Positions 51,881-64,000 of a DNA stretch of 64,000 nt are shown here, piece by piece. The notes below the pieces were generated by a model. The model did not search any database, was not told the origin of the DNA, and saw only the letters and a list, made by a program, of their open reading frames with translations. Source of the stretch: Eledone cirrhosa (Eukaryota); the NCBI GenBank assembly GCA_964016885.1, contig OZ024747.1:65348001-65412000 (forward strand), read 5' to 3'. The translations under genes were made by a program, and so were the position numbers. Positions within the stretch are counted from its first letter, which is position 1; the number at the start of each line of letters is the position of its first letter.

Positions 51881-54755
51881 ATATAAATATCTGTAAATCA
51901 GTTCCTCCCCAACAAAACCACACACACAGAAATCAGAGACTTCAAGCTACGAAAGAATGGTTTCTATTTAAACAAACTTCCTGAATCTAAATCAATGAAA
52001 CATAGCATTATTACTATTATTATTATTCAGTAATACACTGGGATAATTGCTGGCCTTGTGCCAAAAGTAGAAACAATTATTATTATTACTACTATTGTCG
52101 TTATTTTTATTTCATTTATTATTCTAGTTTCCATAATTGAATTCTTTGTGACATTTTGAAATGATCTTTACAACAAAATAAGAAAAAAAATCCATTGGAG
52201 TGGACATACTAGCAAATGGAATAGAAACAAACCTCTAAACATATTTTGATAAGAATGATATTACAACAATATAACAACAATATACTAACAGGTATATATA
52301 TTTAAACTGACCAGTATAATTACTGGTACAGCTCATTTGGAAAGTTTTAAAAATCTGTTTTAGCATTTAAAATTCAGAAGAAAAATTACAAAACTAATAT
52401 TTACTTGTTTTATTAACCCATTCAAGACCAAGTTTCTAACAAAATTCACTGTATTTCAATTAATTATTGAAGAATTTTGAGAGATTTACTAAAATTATTT
52501 ATTATTTATTTACTAAGATAGTAACTTAAAATATGTTTTTTATATAAAATTATGACGCTGCTTTTTCTTCACCCACTTATTTCTGAGACAGTCATGGGGG
52601 AAGAGTCCTCAAACACTCCTTCCAGCAGAAACACTTCGTCATGTTCTGTCAGAAACAACTCTCTCCTACTGATGCATCTGGATCCCCAAATGAGACCAGC
52701 CAAGATCATGGATTATGACACTTTACATTTAAATAGAAACAGAGGTGGTTTGGGCAGGGATGGTATCAAAAGTATTATTCATATATGTCTATATTAAAAT
52801 TATGAATAACATGTTTTTTAAGACACTCAAAACATTCAGATTTTATAAAGCCTTAAATACTCTTCACAGTCCACCAGTGCACCATGGTGCATGGCGCACT
52901 ATTTGAGATGCACTGTCGTAAGTTAAAAAAAACAACTACACCAGGTAGTGAATTAACAGAGCTTTATTAATGTCAAATAAAAGGCTGTGCAGAATTTGTT
53001 CAATCTCTTTGCAATCTGAGTTCAATAGCAAAGACTTGAAAAGTCAGCTACTTAACCAGCACTGTCACTTCAACAACATTCAATGTCCATTAGTTAAATA
53101 ACAGTATGTCTACTTTCTTAAAATTAATATTCTCTCAGCTCTAGATGATAATGGAACTAGCTCTAGAAAAACTGATTGGGTAAGTGTTAAGTAGAATAAC
53201 TAACTCATACATACTTCAAACACACACACACACATATATATATGTCACTCTTCAGTGCTACTGGTAACATGTAACCCAGGACCACCTATGCATGGTTGGG
53301 TAGTTGGCAATTAAACAGGCAACCTGACCAAGCTTGCTTGGTGAGGATTGTGATTTTTGACACCCTGCAGGATGAAAAATAAAAGCTGCCAAAGGGTGGA
53401 GGAACTCGAAGGAGTCAATGGCCATCCAATAAAGTATTTTTTTGTGAAGTGAGAGACCCCTAGTCTTCATTAAGACATGTCTCTCGGAGAAGTTCACTCT
53501 GATATAAAACATGTGACTTCATTTGCATCCAATGATGTGGACCAGTTCTACTTTTTGATGTTCGGAGAGTGCGATTGTCTGTTTTTGAGTGTGTTTGTAA
53601 CCATGAACATGTATATGTTTGTGTGAGCCTATATATGTGTCTATGTGCACGTCTGCATTTAAGTAACTATATATATATATGACTATGTGAAAGTCTTATT
53701 TTGTTTAAATGTGTCTCTCTCTGTGTTTGTGTATGTGTGTCTATTGACATATCTATGTAATGTGTCTATGTGCTTGCGTAAGTTCATATATGTCTATATA
53801 CAAATCTATACTTGTATAAGTCTGTATATATCTATATAAATTTCTGTGTATTTATATATCTGTGTGTGTGTATAGATCTATATTCATACCTATGTTCGTG
53901 TATATGGATATATACATATTTATGTTTGTGTGTATGACTGTATTTATCAACATGTGTAGGTTTGTGTCTAAAGTCTAAAGTCTGTCTTAAGCCAGAAGGC
54001 TCATTTGGCCGGTGCTTATCCCAGTTTCATGGTGTGAAGCGACTGAGAGTACAAGACTCCTCCCCTGGACAGGGTGCCAGTCCATCTCAGGGTTAAACCT
54101 CCAGCTATTGCTGGTACTCATTTTCAGCTGAGTAAACTGGAGCAACATGAAATAAAGTGTCTTGCTGAAGGAAACAACACATCACCGAGAATTGAACTCA
54201 CAACCTTTCGATTGCAAGCCTAATTGCTCTAACCACTAAGCCATGCGCCTTCAGTGTAGGTTTGTGTAGTATGTATATATCTGTGTACATACCTATCCTT
54301 GTGTATATGTTTATATAGATATCTCTATGTTCGTGTGTTAATATATTTAAATCTAAATCAGACACTGAAGACAAAAGACATAGTGAAGCCAACATATAAT
54401 TGAGAGATAATTTCCATTAATTTTGACCATTTTTGTGTGAGTTCAATTGATAAATAAGCTAAGTTAATGGCACTAAACATTAATTAGAAACCATTCAACT
54501 CCACCACTGACACAAGCCAATCAAATGAGGAGGTGACGAACAGAATAATTCCATCTATTCATTATAGAATTCTATCTCGCAATTCATTTATGTTTTAATG
54601 ACCCAACATATATAGATTAGGATTGCACCATCACTTACTTCTCATTCTCTTGCCCCACTCTACTTGCACACACACATATATACACATACACAGAGACTCA
54701 CATACATGCACATACACACACACTCACACAAAGACTCACATGCACACACACACAA

Positions 54756-54791
<36 letters not shown>

Positions 54792-55011
54792 GCACACACA
54801 TACATATATTTATATATGTATGTATTTACCATCAAGACGGTAAATACCAATTCTTAAAAGCTCATACAGATCTGTTTCACACCGGAAAGAAATAATGCCA
54901 GATTACCATTATTAGATAAAAGCATCATTAAGATGTGGGTTCTCATCAGTAGGTAACATCTTATTTACACATAGCTCCAGCTGTCAGCCATGCTGCCATA
55001 GTCCCAAGTGT

Positions 55012-55350
55012 ATATCATCATCATCATCATCATCATCATCATTTTACGTCTGCTTTTCCCTGCTTGCAAGGGTGGGACGGGTCTTATTCAGCACAGCATC
55101 TCTCCACTTGTCACGGTCCTTCGTCATCTCCACTGTGAGCTTCAGCGATCTGAGGTCTGTTCTCACCACCTCCGCCAATGTTTTACGTGGTCTACCTCTA
55201 CCACGTCTTCCTTCAACTGGCATTTCCTGGCACTTCTTCGCCCATCGGTCATCCTCCATGCGCATCACATGTCTATACCACCTCAGTCTCCTCTCTCGCA
55301 CACTATATTCTATCCTTCTCAGACACAGTTTCTCTCTCAACACATTCAAC
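55012..55350 (-). mobile_element. RTE family-B 3' fragment
   Basis: ORF 55044-55352 closely matches the C-terminus of 60462-62102. Confidence 0.9.
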
Positions 55351-55360
55351 AATATATATA

Positions 55361-55508
<148 letters not shown>

Positions 55509-55547
55509 ATTAAACAAATGGAAACTATATTTATAAAACCATATTTA

Positions 55548-55609
55548 TTTCATTATACATATTTCAGGGATACCATATTAAAAATATGGCATGCCTTCGT
55601 CAGATAAAA
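55548..55609 (-). ncRNA. Type-I hammerhead motif (same family as 9753-9813)
   Basis: TTTTAT-CTGACGA-AGGCATGCCATATT..AATATGGTATCCCT-GAAAT-ATGT-ATA-ATGAAA. Confidence 0.72.
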
Positions 55610-55690
55610 TACAATATATAACCAGTCTTATAAATAATTTTGACGTACCATAAATATAGCGACCATTAAGGTAGGAGGCTGGCTTGGTAG

Positions 55691-55826
<136 letters not shown>

Positions 55827-56229
55827 CCCAATTACACCTCTCAAAGGCGATGACACACGACCGTGACCTCTGGCATCACGCAGTAATACAGAGTACCCGA
55901 CCTCCCATGGGTACAAGCTGAAGCATATAGACAATATGCCCCCACACCCTCCCACTGCAAGGTGGTCGTGGAGGTGCCACGGCAAAAAAGCACCCAGCCC
56001 ACACTGTAAAGTGGACGTGTAGGCACCACAAAAAAGCACCCAGCACTCACTGTAAATGAGGTTGGTGTTAGGAAGGGCATCCAGCTGTAGAAATCAAGCC
56101 AAATCAGTTCCTGTATGAGCAAGGCATGGTCAGCTGACCAGACACTGGCCACAACAGGACAACCCGTCTAACCCATGCTAGCGTGGAAGAACGGACGTAA
56201 AACGGTGATGATGATGATGATGATGATGT

Positions 56230-56265
<36 letters not shown>

Positions 56266-56717
56266 ACAACTGTGAAAGCACATTGTGTTATATTGACTAA
56301 GCAGATGGACATAGGCAGGTGAACCAGAATGCTAAAAATAGCTCCTTGTTAGATCCATATATATATATATCATCATCATCATCAGGTTTAGCGTCCGTGT
56401 TCCACGCTTGCATGGGTTTGGACGGGAGTTTTCCCACTTGAGGCAAGAGTGGTTGTCTTGCTCGCATAGGACTGTCTGGCGGGTTTTCTACAGTTGGATG
56501 CCCTTCCTAACACCAACCACATTTACAGTGTGGGGCTGGGAGGTTTTTACCGTGTTGCCTACACGGCCACATTACAGCGTGGGCTGTCTGTATATATATA
56601 TATTTAATATAGAAATGGCTTCTACAGGACTAGAACTGTTTCATTTGAAGGAAATCATCATACTCTGCTATGTATTGAGTACCTTACTTACTGTGGTTAC
56701 TCCCAATTGAATCCGGG

Positions 56718-56759
<42 letters not shown>

Positions 56760-57390
56760 TAATTAAAAGTGACAAAGGCACTGTGTGGTTACTAATAAAT
56801 ATTGTTTCTACTTTTTGGCACAAGGCCAGCAATTACCCAGTACATTACTGGTACTTTATTTTATCGACCCCGTAAGGATGAAAGACAAAGTTAACCTCGG
56901 CAGGATTTGAACTCAGATTGTAAAGGGACGTAACTATGCTGGAAAGCATGGCGTCCGACCCTCTACCGATACTGCCAATCCACCGCTCTTCGTTACTAAT
57001 AAATATTGTTTAGAAAATGCAAGAGAAACACAAACAGATGGACAGTTCTCGCTCTTCGGCTGTCTGATGTAGGCCACTGAGGTCCCATAACCCCTGATAG
57101 AGTTGTAGAGACGTTGAAGTGACATACGGCATTTCTTCGGCATTTTAAGCCTGGCAGAGCTCATCCTCTCCAGACCTATGTACAGAAGATTTCTTCCAGA
57201 GAGAGGAAGAATCGACCCCAGTACTAGACTGGTACCGTTTTATATCAACCTCAAAAGGATGAAAGGCAAAGTTGACCTCTGCGGGATTTGAACTCAGAAA
57301 GCAGAGAGCCGGTATGAATACCATAAAGCATTCTATCCGACGTTCTAACGACTCTGCCAATTCAGCCCCTATATATATATATATATATAT

Positions 57391-57508
57391 ATAGGAACGA
57401 GTAGGACCCCGACGGCTGAGCTCAAGCCATTTCGATGGCTAATTCTGAGTCCAGAATTAGCCGTCGAGACGGCTTGAGCTCAGCCGTCGGGGTCCTACTC
57501 GTTCCTAT
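57391..57508. repeat. GC-rich 118-bp hairpin
   Basis: 57-bp arms around a 4-nt AGTC loop. Confidence 0.9.
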
Positions 57509-57584
57509 TACCCACTCTACTACCCTAAGTATTGAGTACTTTGGTGCATTATGGTCCACCTGGCTCCTTACCACACTTCCTTTG

Positions 57585-57619
<35 letters not shown>

Positions 57620-57661
57620 GGGGGGCGGGCGGGGGGGGTAGATATTATATATATGTGTATG

Positions 57662-57698
<37 letters not shown>

Positions 57699-57716
57699 AT
57701 ATATAGATATATGTGC

Positions 57717-57810
<94 letters not shown>

Positions 57811-58107
57811 GTGTATTATGTGTGTATATATATGTATATATGGTGGCTGCCAACTCGTTCTCGAGTACGGCCACTACTTTATATCCATGTAGGAGAACCC
57901 CTACCGATGCGCTGAACGAGTGTGACTTTTTAGTCCAGCCAGCGACTTGAAAACTCCGGTACAAACACTACACTTGTCACAATTATTGACACATAGTGCT
58001 GGGCCCATGGTATCATGTGACGACAAGTGCAGAGAGATCTCCAGATATAAAGCAATGCCTGTGCCGTGAAGCTTTTATAGTGAGCAAAGGCACTGCACAA
58101 AGCCAGT

Positions 58108-58125
58108 CCCACTCTCTTAGCCAAA

Positions 58126-58188
<63 letters not shown>

Positions 58189-58227
58189 CATACATATATA
58201 TATATATATATATACGTATATATATAT

Positions 58228-58268
<41 letters not shown>

Positions 58269-58290
58269 TATATCTATATATATATATATG

Positions 58291-58335
<45 letters not shown>

Positions 58336-58347
58336 TTATATACATAC

Positions 58348-58405
<58 letters not shown>

Positions 58406-58625
58406 CTCAGTGGATGCGACCAGATTTCAACACAGCAACAACTACAACTACAACAACAACAACAACAACAGCGACACCAACAACAACAACAGCAACAACA
58501 ACAGCAACAGCAGCAGCAACTACAATAACAACTACAGCAACAACAACTGCCACCACCATCACTGACCATCCACCACCACCACCATCACCATACTGACACC
58601 ATTCACCACCACCACCACCATTACC
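58108..58625. repeat. (TA)n, (AAC/AGC)n and (CAC)n microsatellites
   Basis: Direct inspection; starts ~58128. Confidence 0.9.
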
Positions 58626-58734
58626 AGTGTAAAGCAAACAATTATTATTATTATTATATAAAAACTGAAGTGGACTGGGAAAAGTCAACAGTTGACATGA
58701 TTTTGATTTTGTATTTGTATCAGTACTGCCGGTA

Positions 58735-58772
<38 letters not shown>

Positions 58773-58894
58773 TTGTATGCATGAATGAGTGTTGGTATGT
58801 GAGTGACGTGTGTGTGTTTGTGGTTTGTATGCATGAGTGTTGGTGTGTGAGTGTGTGTGTGTCGTGTCAATAATTTTTTTTTTTTTTTTTATAA

Positions 58895-61800
58895 TGACCA
58901 TGCTGTAAAATGGAGGGGTAGAGAGGGCCCTTGAGTCTAGTAAGACATCCTCTCTAGTGCTGGTGGCACAAATAAAAGCACCCAGTCCATGCTGTAAAGT
59001 GGCGCTGGTGTTAGGAAGGGCATCCAACCAGTGTATCAATGCCAAAACGCTTATCAGCACAGCAACAAATAGGAACAACAAAATATGAAGACATCGCATC
59101 TCAGAGTTGCAACACTTAATCTTGGCACTCTCAGAGGTAGATCTGCTGAAATAGCAGAGATGCTGGAGAGAAGGCATGTGGATGTGTGCTGCGTGCAAGA
59201 GGTGAGATGGAGAGGTGCCTCTGCGAGACTAGTCGTAGGCAAACGTCTTAGCTATAAGCTATTCTAAGTAGGTAAGGATGATGGGTTAAGGGGAGTAGGC
59301 ATTTTCCTGGCTGAGAAATGGATCAATAAGACAATAGAGGTAGTTCGAGTTAGTATTCGAATAATTAAGCTTAGATTAGTTGTAGGCAGGAGACTACTGA
59401 CAATCATCTCGGCCTATGCTCCCCAAGCAGGCCTAGGCAAAGATGAGAAAGACTGCTTTTACGAGCAACTTTTACAAACAACTGCAATGACAGAGGACGG
59501 AGACATCTTTATGCTAGCAGGAGACTTCAATGGTCATGTTGGACAGCTCCAGGATGGTTACACTGGGGTACATGGTGGGCACGGTTACGGCTCAAGAAAT
59601 GAAGAAGGAGTGAGACTTCTTGAATTTTGTGATGCGGGTACATTGACTATTCGCAACACAAACTTCCAGAAACCTGCCAATCACCTAATAACCTACAAAT
59701 CTGGTGAGCACATAAGTCAGATTGACTTCTTACTAGTTAGGCAGCGGGACAGACAGATAGTGTCTAATACCAAGGCATACCCTGGGGAAGAATGTACCCC
59801 ACAGCATAGGTTAGTCGTTAGTGATATCTCAGTAAACAAGAGATGGAATGAGACATACAGGAAGGTGTGGAGAAGAAAGGTCTGGAAGCTAAAAGACCTT
59901 TCACTAAAATACAAATTTAGGAAAGCCCTTCAAGATGTATATGACGAAAAAGAAGTCGATTTAGAGACGTATGACATAGATAATAACTGGAATTTCTTAC
60001 ATGACAACTTGCTGCAGGCTACTGATGAAACTTGTGGCTGGACAGAGCTCCAACCAGTCAGAGAGTGACCTGGTGGTGGAACAGCACAGTAGATAAGGCC
60101 ATTAGAGACAAAAGACTAGCATGGAAGGCTTGGAAAAAGGATGGGAGTAGGGAAGATTATACAGCCACTAAGAGAGAAGCTAGACGTCAGGTGTACTTAG
60201 CACGCAGGGAGGCGGAGAGTAGGAGGTTTGCCAATGTTCTGCGACGGGAAGATCAGAGGCGTGCGGTGTTCCACATTGCAAGGCAGTGTGTCAATGCAAA
60301 TCAGGATGTTGTTGGAGATAAATGTGTCCGGGAAATGTCATTATGAGAGACTGATGAATGTGGAGAACAAATGGGAGAGAGAGAAATTACCCTTAGTAGA
60401 TCCGACAGAGAGACCAGCTATTGAGATTGACGAATATAGGGTCTAAGAGACGATTAGGGAAATGAAAAATGGTAAGGCAGCTGGACCATCGGGAATAGTT
60501 GCTGAGATGCTGAAGGCATCAGGGGACGTAGGCACTAAACTGGTTGCACGCATCATCAATCAGGCTATATATGGTGGTGTCATACCCAAAGACTGGTGCA
60601 GCAGTATTCTCATGAATTGCTACAAAGGTAAAGGAGATGCTCTGGAGAGGAGAAATTATAGGGGTATAAAACTGATGGATCAGGTTATGAAAGTGGCAGA
60701 AAGGATATTAGCACAACTAATTAGAGAAAGGGTCAAACTAGATGAGATGCAGTTTGGTTTTGTGCCTGGGAAGAGTACAATAGATGCCCTCTTCTTGGTG
60801 AGACAATTGCAAGAGAGGTTCTTAGAGAAAAATAAGCCACTATACTTAGCCTTTGTTGACCTAGAGAGGGCCTTTGATAGGGTACCCCAATCTGTCATCT
60901 GGTGGTCCCTAAGGAAGCTAGGTGTTGAGGAATGGCTTGTGAGGACAGTGCAAACTTTGTACAGAGGTACTCTCAGTAAAGTCAGGGTAGGAATGGAGTT
61001 TAGTGAGGAATTCCAGATACAAGTAGGAATACATCAAGGTTCGGTCCTCAGCCCGCTCTTGTTCATTATAGTCCTCCAAGCCATAACAGAGGAGTTTAAG
61101 ACTGGCTGTCCATGGGAACTTCTCTATGCTGACAATCTGGTTCTTATAGCAGAATCAGTAGAGGAGCTAGAGAATAAATTCTGGCTATGGAAACAGCAGT
61201 TGGAATTAAGAGGACTGAGAGTGAACCTAGCTAAGACAAAAGTGTTGATGAGTAGAAAAGAGGACAAAACCCTGATTCCATCAGGGAAATGGCCATGTTC
61301 GATATGCAGAAAAGGAACAGGCATAAATTCTATAAAATGTACACAATGCAGATCCTGGGTACACAAGAGATGTAGCGGGATAGCAGGCAAACTAACAGGT
61401 AGGGAGAAATATGTATGCAGTAGATGTACAGGGAAATTAGACAGTAGAAGTCGCACTGATAGACACATTTTTCAGATGCAGGAGGGCGCTATAGAAGTGG
61501 TGGATAGCTTCCGGTACCTAGGAGATCAGATTAGCATGGGAGGAGGGTGTTCCGAGGCCATAGTATCTAGAATAAGGACGGGTTGGAAGAAGTTTAGGGA
61601 GCTGCTTCCTCTGTTGACGAAGAAGGATTTCTCCCTGCGTACGAAAGGCCGGTTGTATGATGCCTGTGTGAGGAGCACGATGCTGCATGGTAGTGCGACA
61701 TGGGCAGCAACTGCAGAGGATATGCGACGGCTGGAGAGAAATGAGGCAAGCATGCTCCGATGGATGTGCAGTGTAAATGTGCGTGAACGACCCAGCATAA

Positions 61801-62122
61801 ATGTGTTGAGAGAGAATCTGTGTCTGAGAGGGATAGAATGTAGTGTACGGGAGAGGAGACTGAGGTGGTATGGACATGTGATGCGCATGGAGGATGACCG
61901 ATGGGTGAAGAAGTGCCAGGAAATGCCAGTTGAAGGAAGACGTGGTAGAGGTAGACCACGAAAAACATGGGCGGAGGTGGTGAGAACAGACCTCAGATCA
62001 TTGAAGCTCACGGTGGAGATGACGAAGGACCGTGACGAGTGGAGAGATGCTGTGCTGAATAAGATCCGTCCCACCCTTACAAGCAGGGAAAAACAGATGT
62101 AAAATGATGATGATGATGATGA

Positions 62123-62125
<3 letters not shown>
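58895..62125 (+). mobile_element. RTE-clade LINE (family B), near full length, disrupted
   Basis: ORF start 59085 (ATLNLGTL, CVQEVRW), GDFNGH, SQIDF; 60462-62102 RT (catalytic motif reads YADN) plus PHD-like finger; stop at ~59265, frameshift ~60060, deletion ~60330; (GAT)n tail. Confidence 0.93.
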
Positions 62126-62180
<55 letters not shown>

Positions 62181-62356
62181 GTATATATATATATATATAT
62201 ACACACATACATATATATATATATGTGTATATATATATATAAATACATACATATTTGTGTGTGTATGTGTATGTATGTATATATATATATATATATATAT
62301 TTCGTTTCTGAATTTGTTTAGCAAGATTCTTTATCTGAAATCGTGTGTTGAAACCG

Positions 62357-63066
62357 ATATTGTTATACTTAGGGAGGGTCATGTTGCCAATAAGAAACAC
62401 ACGCACCAGTTGCTTTCACTTCAATTTATTATAATAAATTTATAATAAATTTATAAATTTATAAATTTCTGGTTGGTTGGTTGGTTCCACAACCAGATAG
62501 TTGTGTATATATTGTCATAGTTCTTTCATCACACACTCTGTGACCTCTTCAGTGACTGGGGATTCCTTTCTTTGTTTCTGTGCCTCTCCTCTGTTCTGTC
62601 CTATGCCATTTCACACAGGCATAATACAGCTTTATTTATTTATTTTTTAATTTTCAGGTTAGCAGGTTTATATTTTCACCAGCAGTTTTGGGTAAGAGGA
62701 CTTTCACTCTAATGCTACTAATTTGGTCCGACGAAAGCCCCAAGACGATAGAAAATGCAACCCGCTACGAAGTAAAAGCTGTAGGAACTGGAACAGTAGG
62801 TGAATTAAACAAAATGGCGTAGGACAGAACAAAGGAGAGGCACAGAAACAAAGAAAGGAATCCCCAGTCACTGAAGAGGTCACAGAGTGTGTGACGAAAG
62901 AACTATGACAATATATAAACAACTATCTGGCTGTGGAACCAACCAACCAACCAGAAATTTATAAATTTATAAATTTATTATAAATTTATTATAATAAATT
63001 GAAGTGAAAGCAACTGGTGCGTGTGTTTCTTATTGGCAACATGACCCTCCCTAAGTATAACAATAT
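62357..63066. mobile_element. Fold-back element with ~255-bp arms carrying a hammerhead-like motif
   Basis: Arms 62357-62611 / 62812-63066; motif GTCA-CTGAAGA-GGTCACA..TGTGAC-GAAAG-AA-CTA-TGAC at 62867-62909. Confidence 0.75.
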
Positions 63067-63555
63067 ATATATATATATATATGTATGTACGTATGTGACT
63101 ATGGCAGCATGGCTGACAGCTGGAGCTGTGTGTAAATAATAAGATGTTACCTACTGATGAGAACCCACATCTTAATGATGCTTTTATCTAATAACAGTAA
63201 TCTGCCATTATTTCTTTCCAGTTCAACAATCAGTTTGATGCCACAACAGTTCCCTCTGTCTAGCACATCACCTTATATAAAAATATAGACAGTTCCAGGG
63301 GGAAATTGTAAAATGTCAAAGGAGAACAAAAAGAAGAAAGCAATGTTTTGGTTCTGTTGAAGCACTTACCGTTAATTCACCTACTGTTCCAGTTCCTACA
63401 GCTTTTACTTCGTAGCGGGTTGCATTTTCTATCGTCTTGGGGCTTTCGTCGGACCAAATTAGTAGCATTAGAGTGAAAGTCCTCTTACCCAAAACTGCTG
63501 GTGAAAATATAAACCTGCTAACCTGAAAATTAAAAAATAAATAAATAAAGCTGTA

Positions 63556-64000
63556 TTATGCCTGTGTGTAAAGTGCGATGTTGCATAGTAGGGAAACCTG
63601 AGCATTGCAAGCAGAGGATATGAAAAGTCTGAAGAGAAATGAAGCAAGCATGCGTTGATGGATGTGCAATGTTAATGTGTATGAATGACAATGCATGGAA
63701 GGATTGAGAGAAAAACTGGGTCTAAGAGGAATCAAAAGTAGTGTGCAAGAGAGAAGACTGCACTGGTATGGATGGACATGTGAGGCACATGGATGATGAT
63801 CGATGGGTGAAGAAGTGGCAGGAAATCCAAGTAGAAGGAAGCCACAGTCGAGGAAAACCAAAGAAGACCTGGGTGGATGAAGGGAGAACTGATCTCAAAT
63901 CACTGAAGCTCACAGAAGAGATGATGAAGAAACATGGCAAGTGGAAAGATTCTGTGCTCAAAAGAAACCATCCAACCCATGCATGCATGGAAAAACGGAC
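63556..64000 (+). mobile_element. Degenerate RTE 3' fragment
   Basis: Homologous to ~61660-62100 with stops and frameshifts. Confidence 0.85.

Noticed and set aside
52552-53512. Short non-repetitive ORFs as host exons
   Set aside because: No recognisable domain or supportable splice structure; small exons cannot be excluded without RNA data

Overview
AT-rich, microsatellite-dense animal genomic DNA; the repeat content suggests a cephalopod such as Octopus (inference). No host protein-coding gene or structural RNA gene could be supported. The window is a nest of mobile elements: three near-full-length but disrupted RTE-clade LINEs with a PHD-type C4HC3 finger inside the ORF, many RTE 3' fragments, a Tx1/L1-clade 3' fragment, tRNA-derived SINEs, DNA-transposon MITEs, and two Penelope-like elements (PLEs). 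One PLE has an intact 773-aa RT+GIY-YIG ORF with tandem and inverted pseudo-LTRs; the other is decayed and interrupted by a non-autonomous Helitron. A six-copy ~1.8-kb tandem array (probable solo LTR + microsatellite + RTE fragment) follows a 200-N gap. The most notable signal, found by reading the sequence, is a dozen or more minimal type-I hammerhead ribozyme motifs. They occur in the PLE pseudo-LTRs and in several ORF-less fold-back mini-elements of different sequence families, mostly next to (TA)n tracts. Most ORFs in the supplied track are microsatellite or antisense artefacts. Element boundaries were placed by eye and are approximate.
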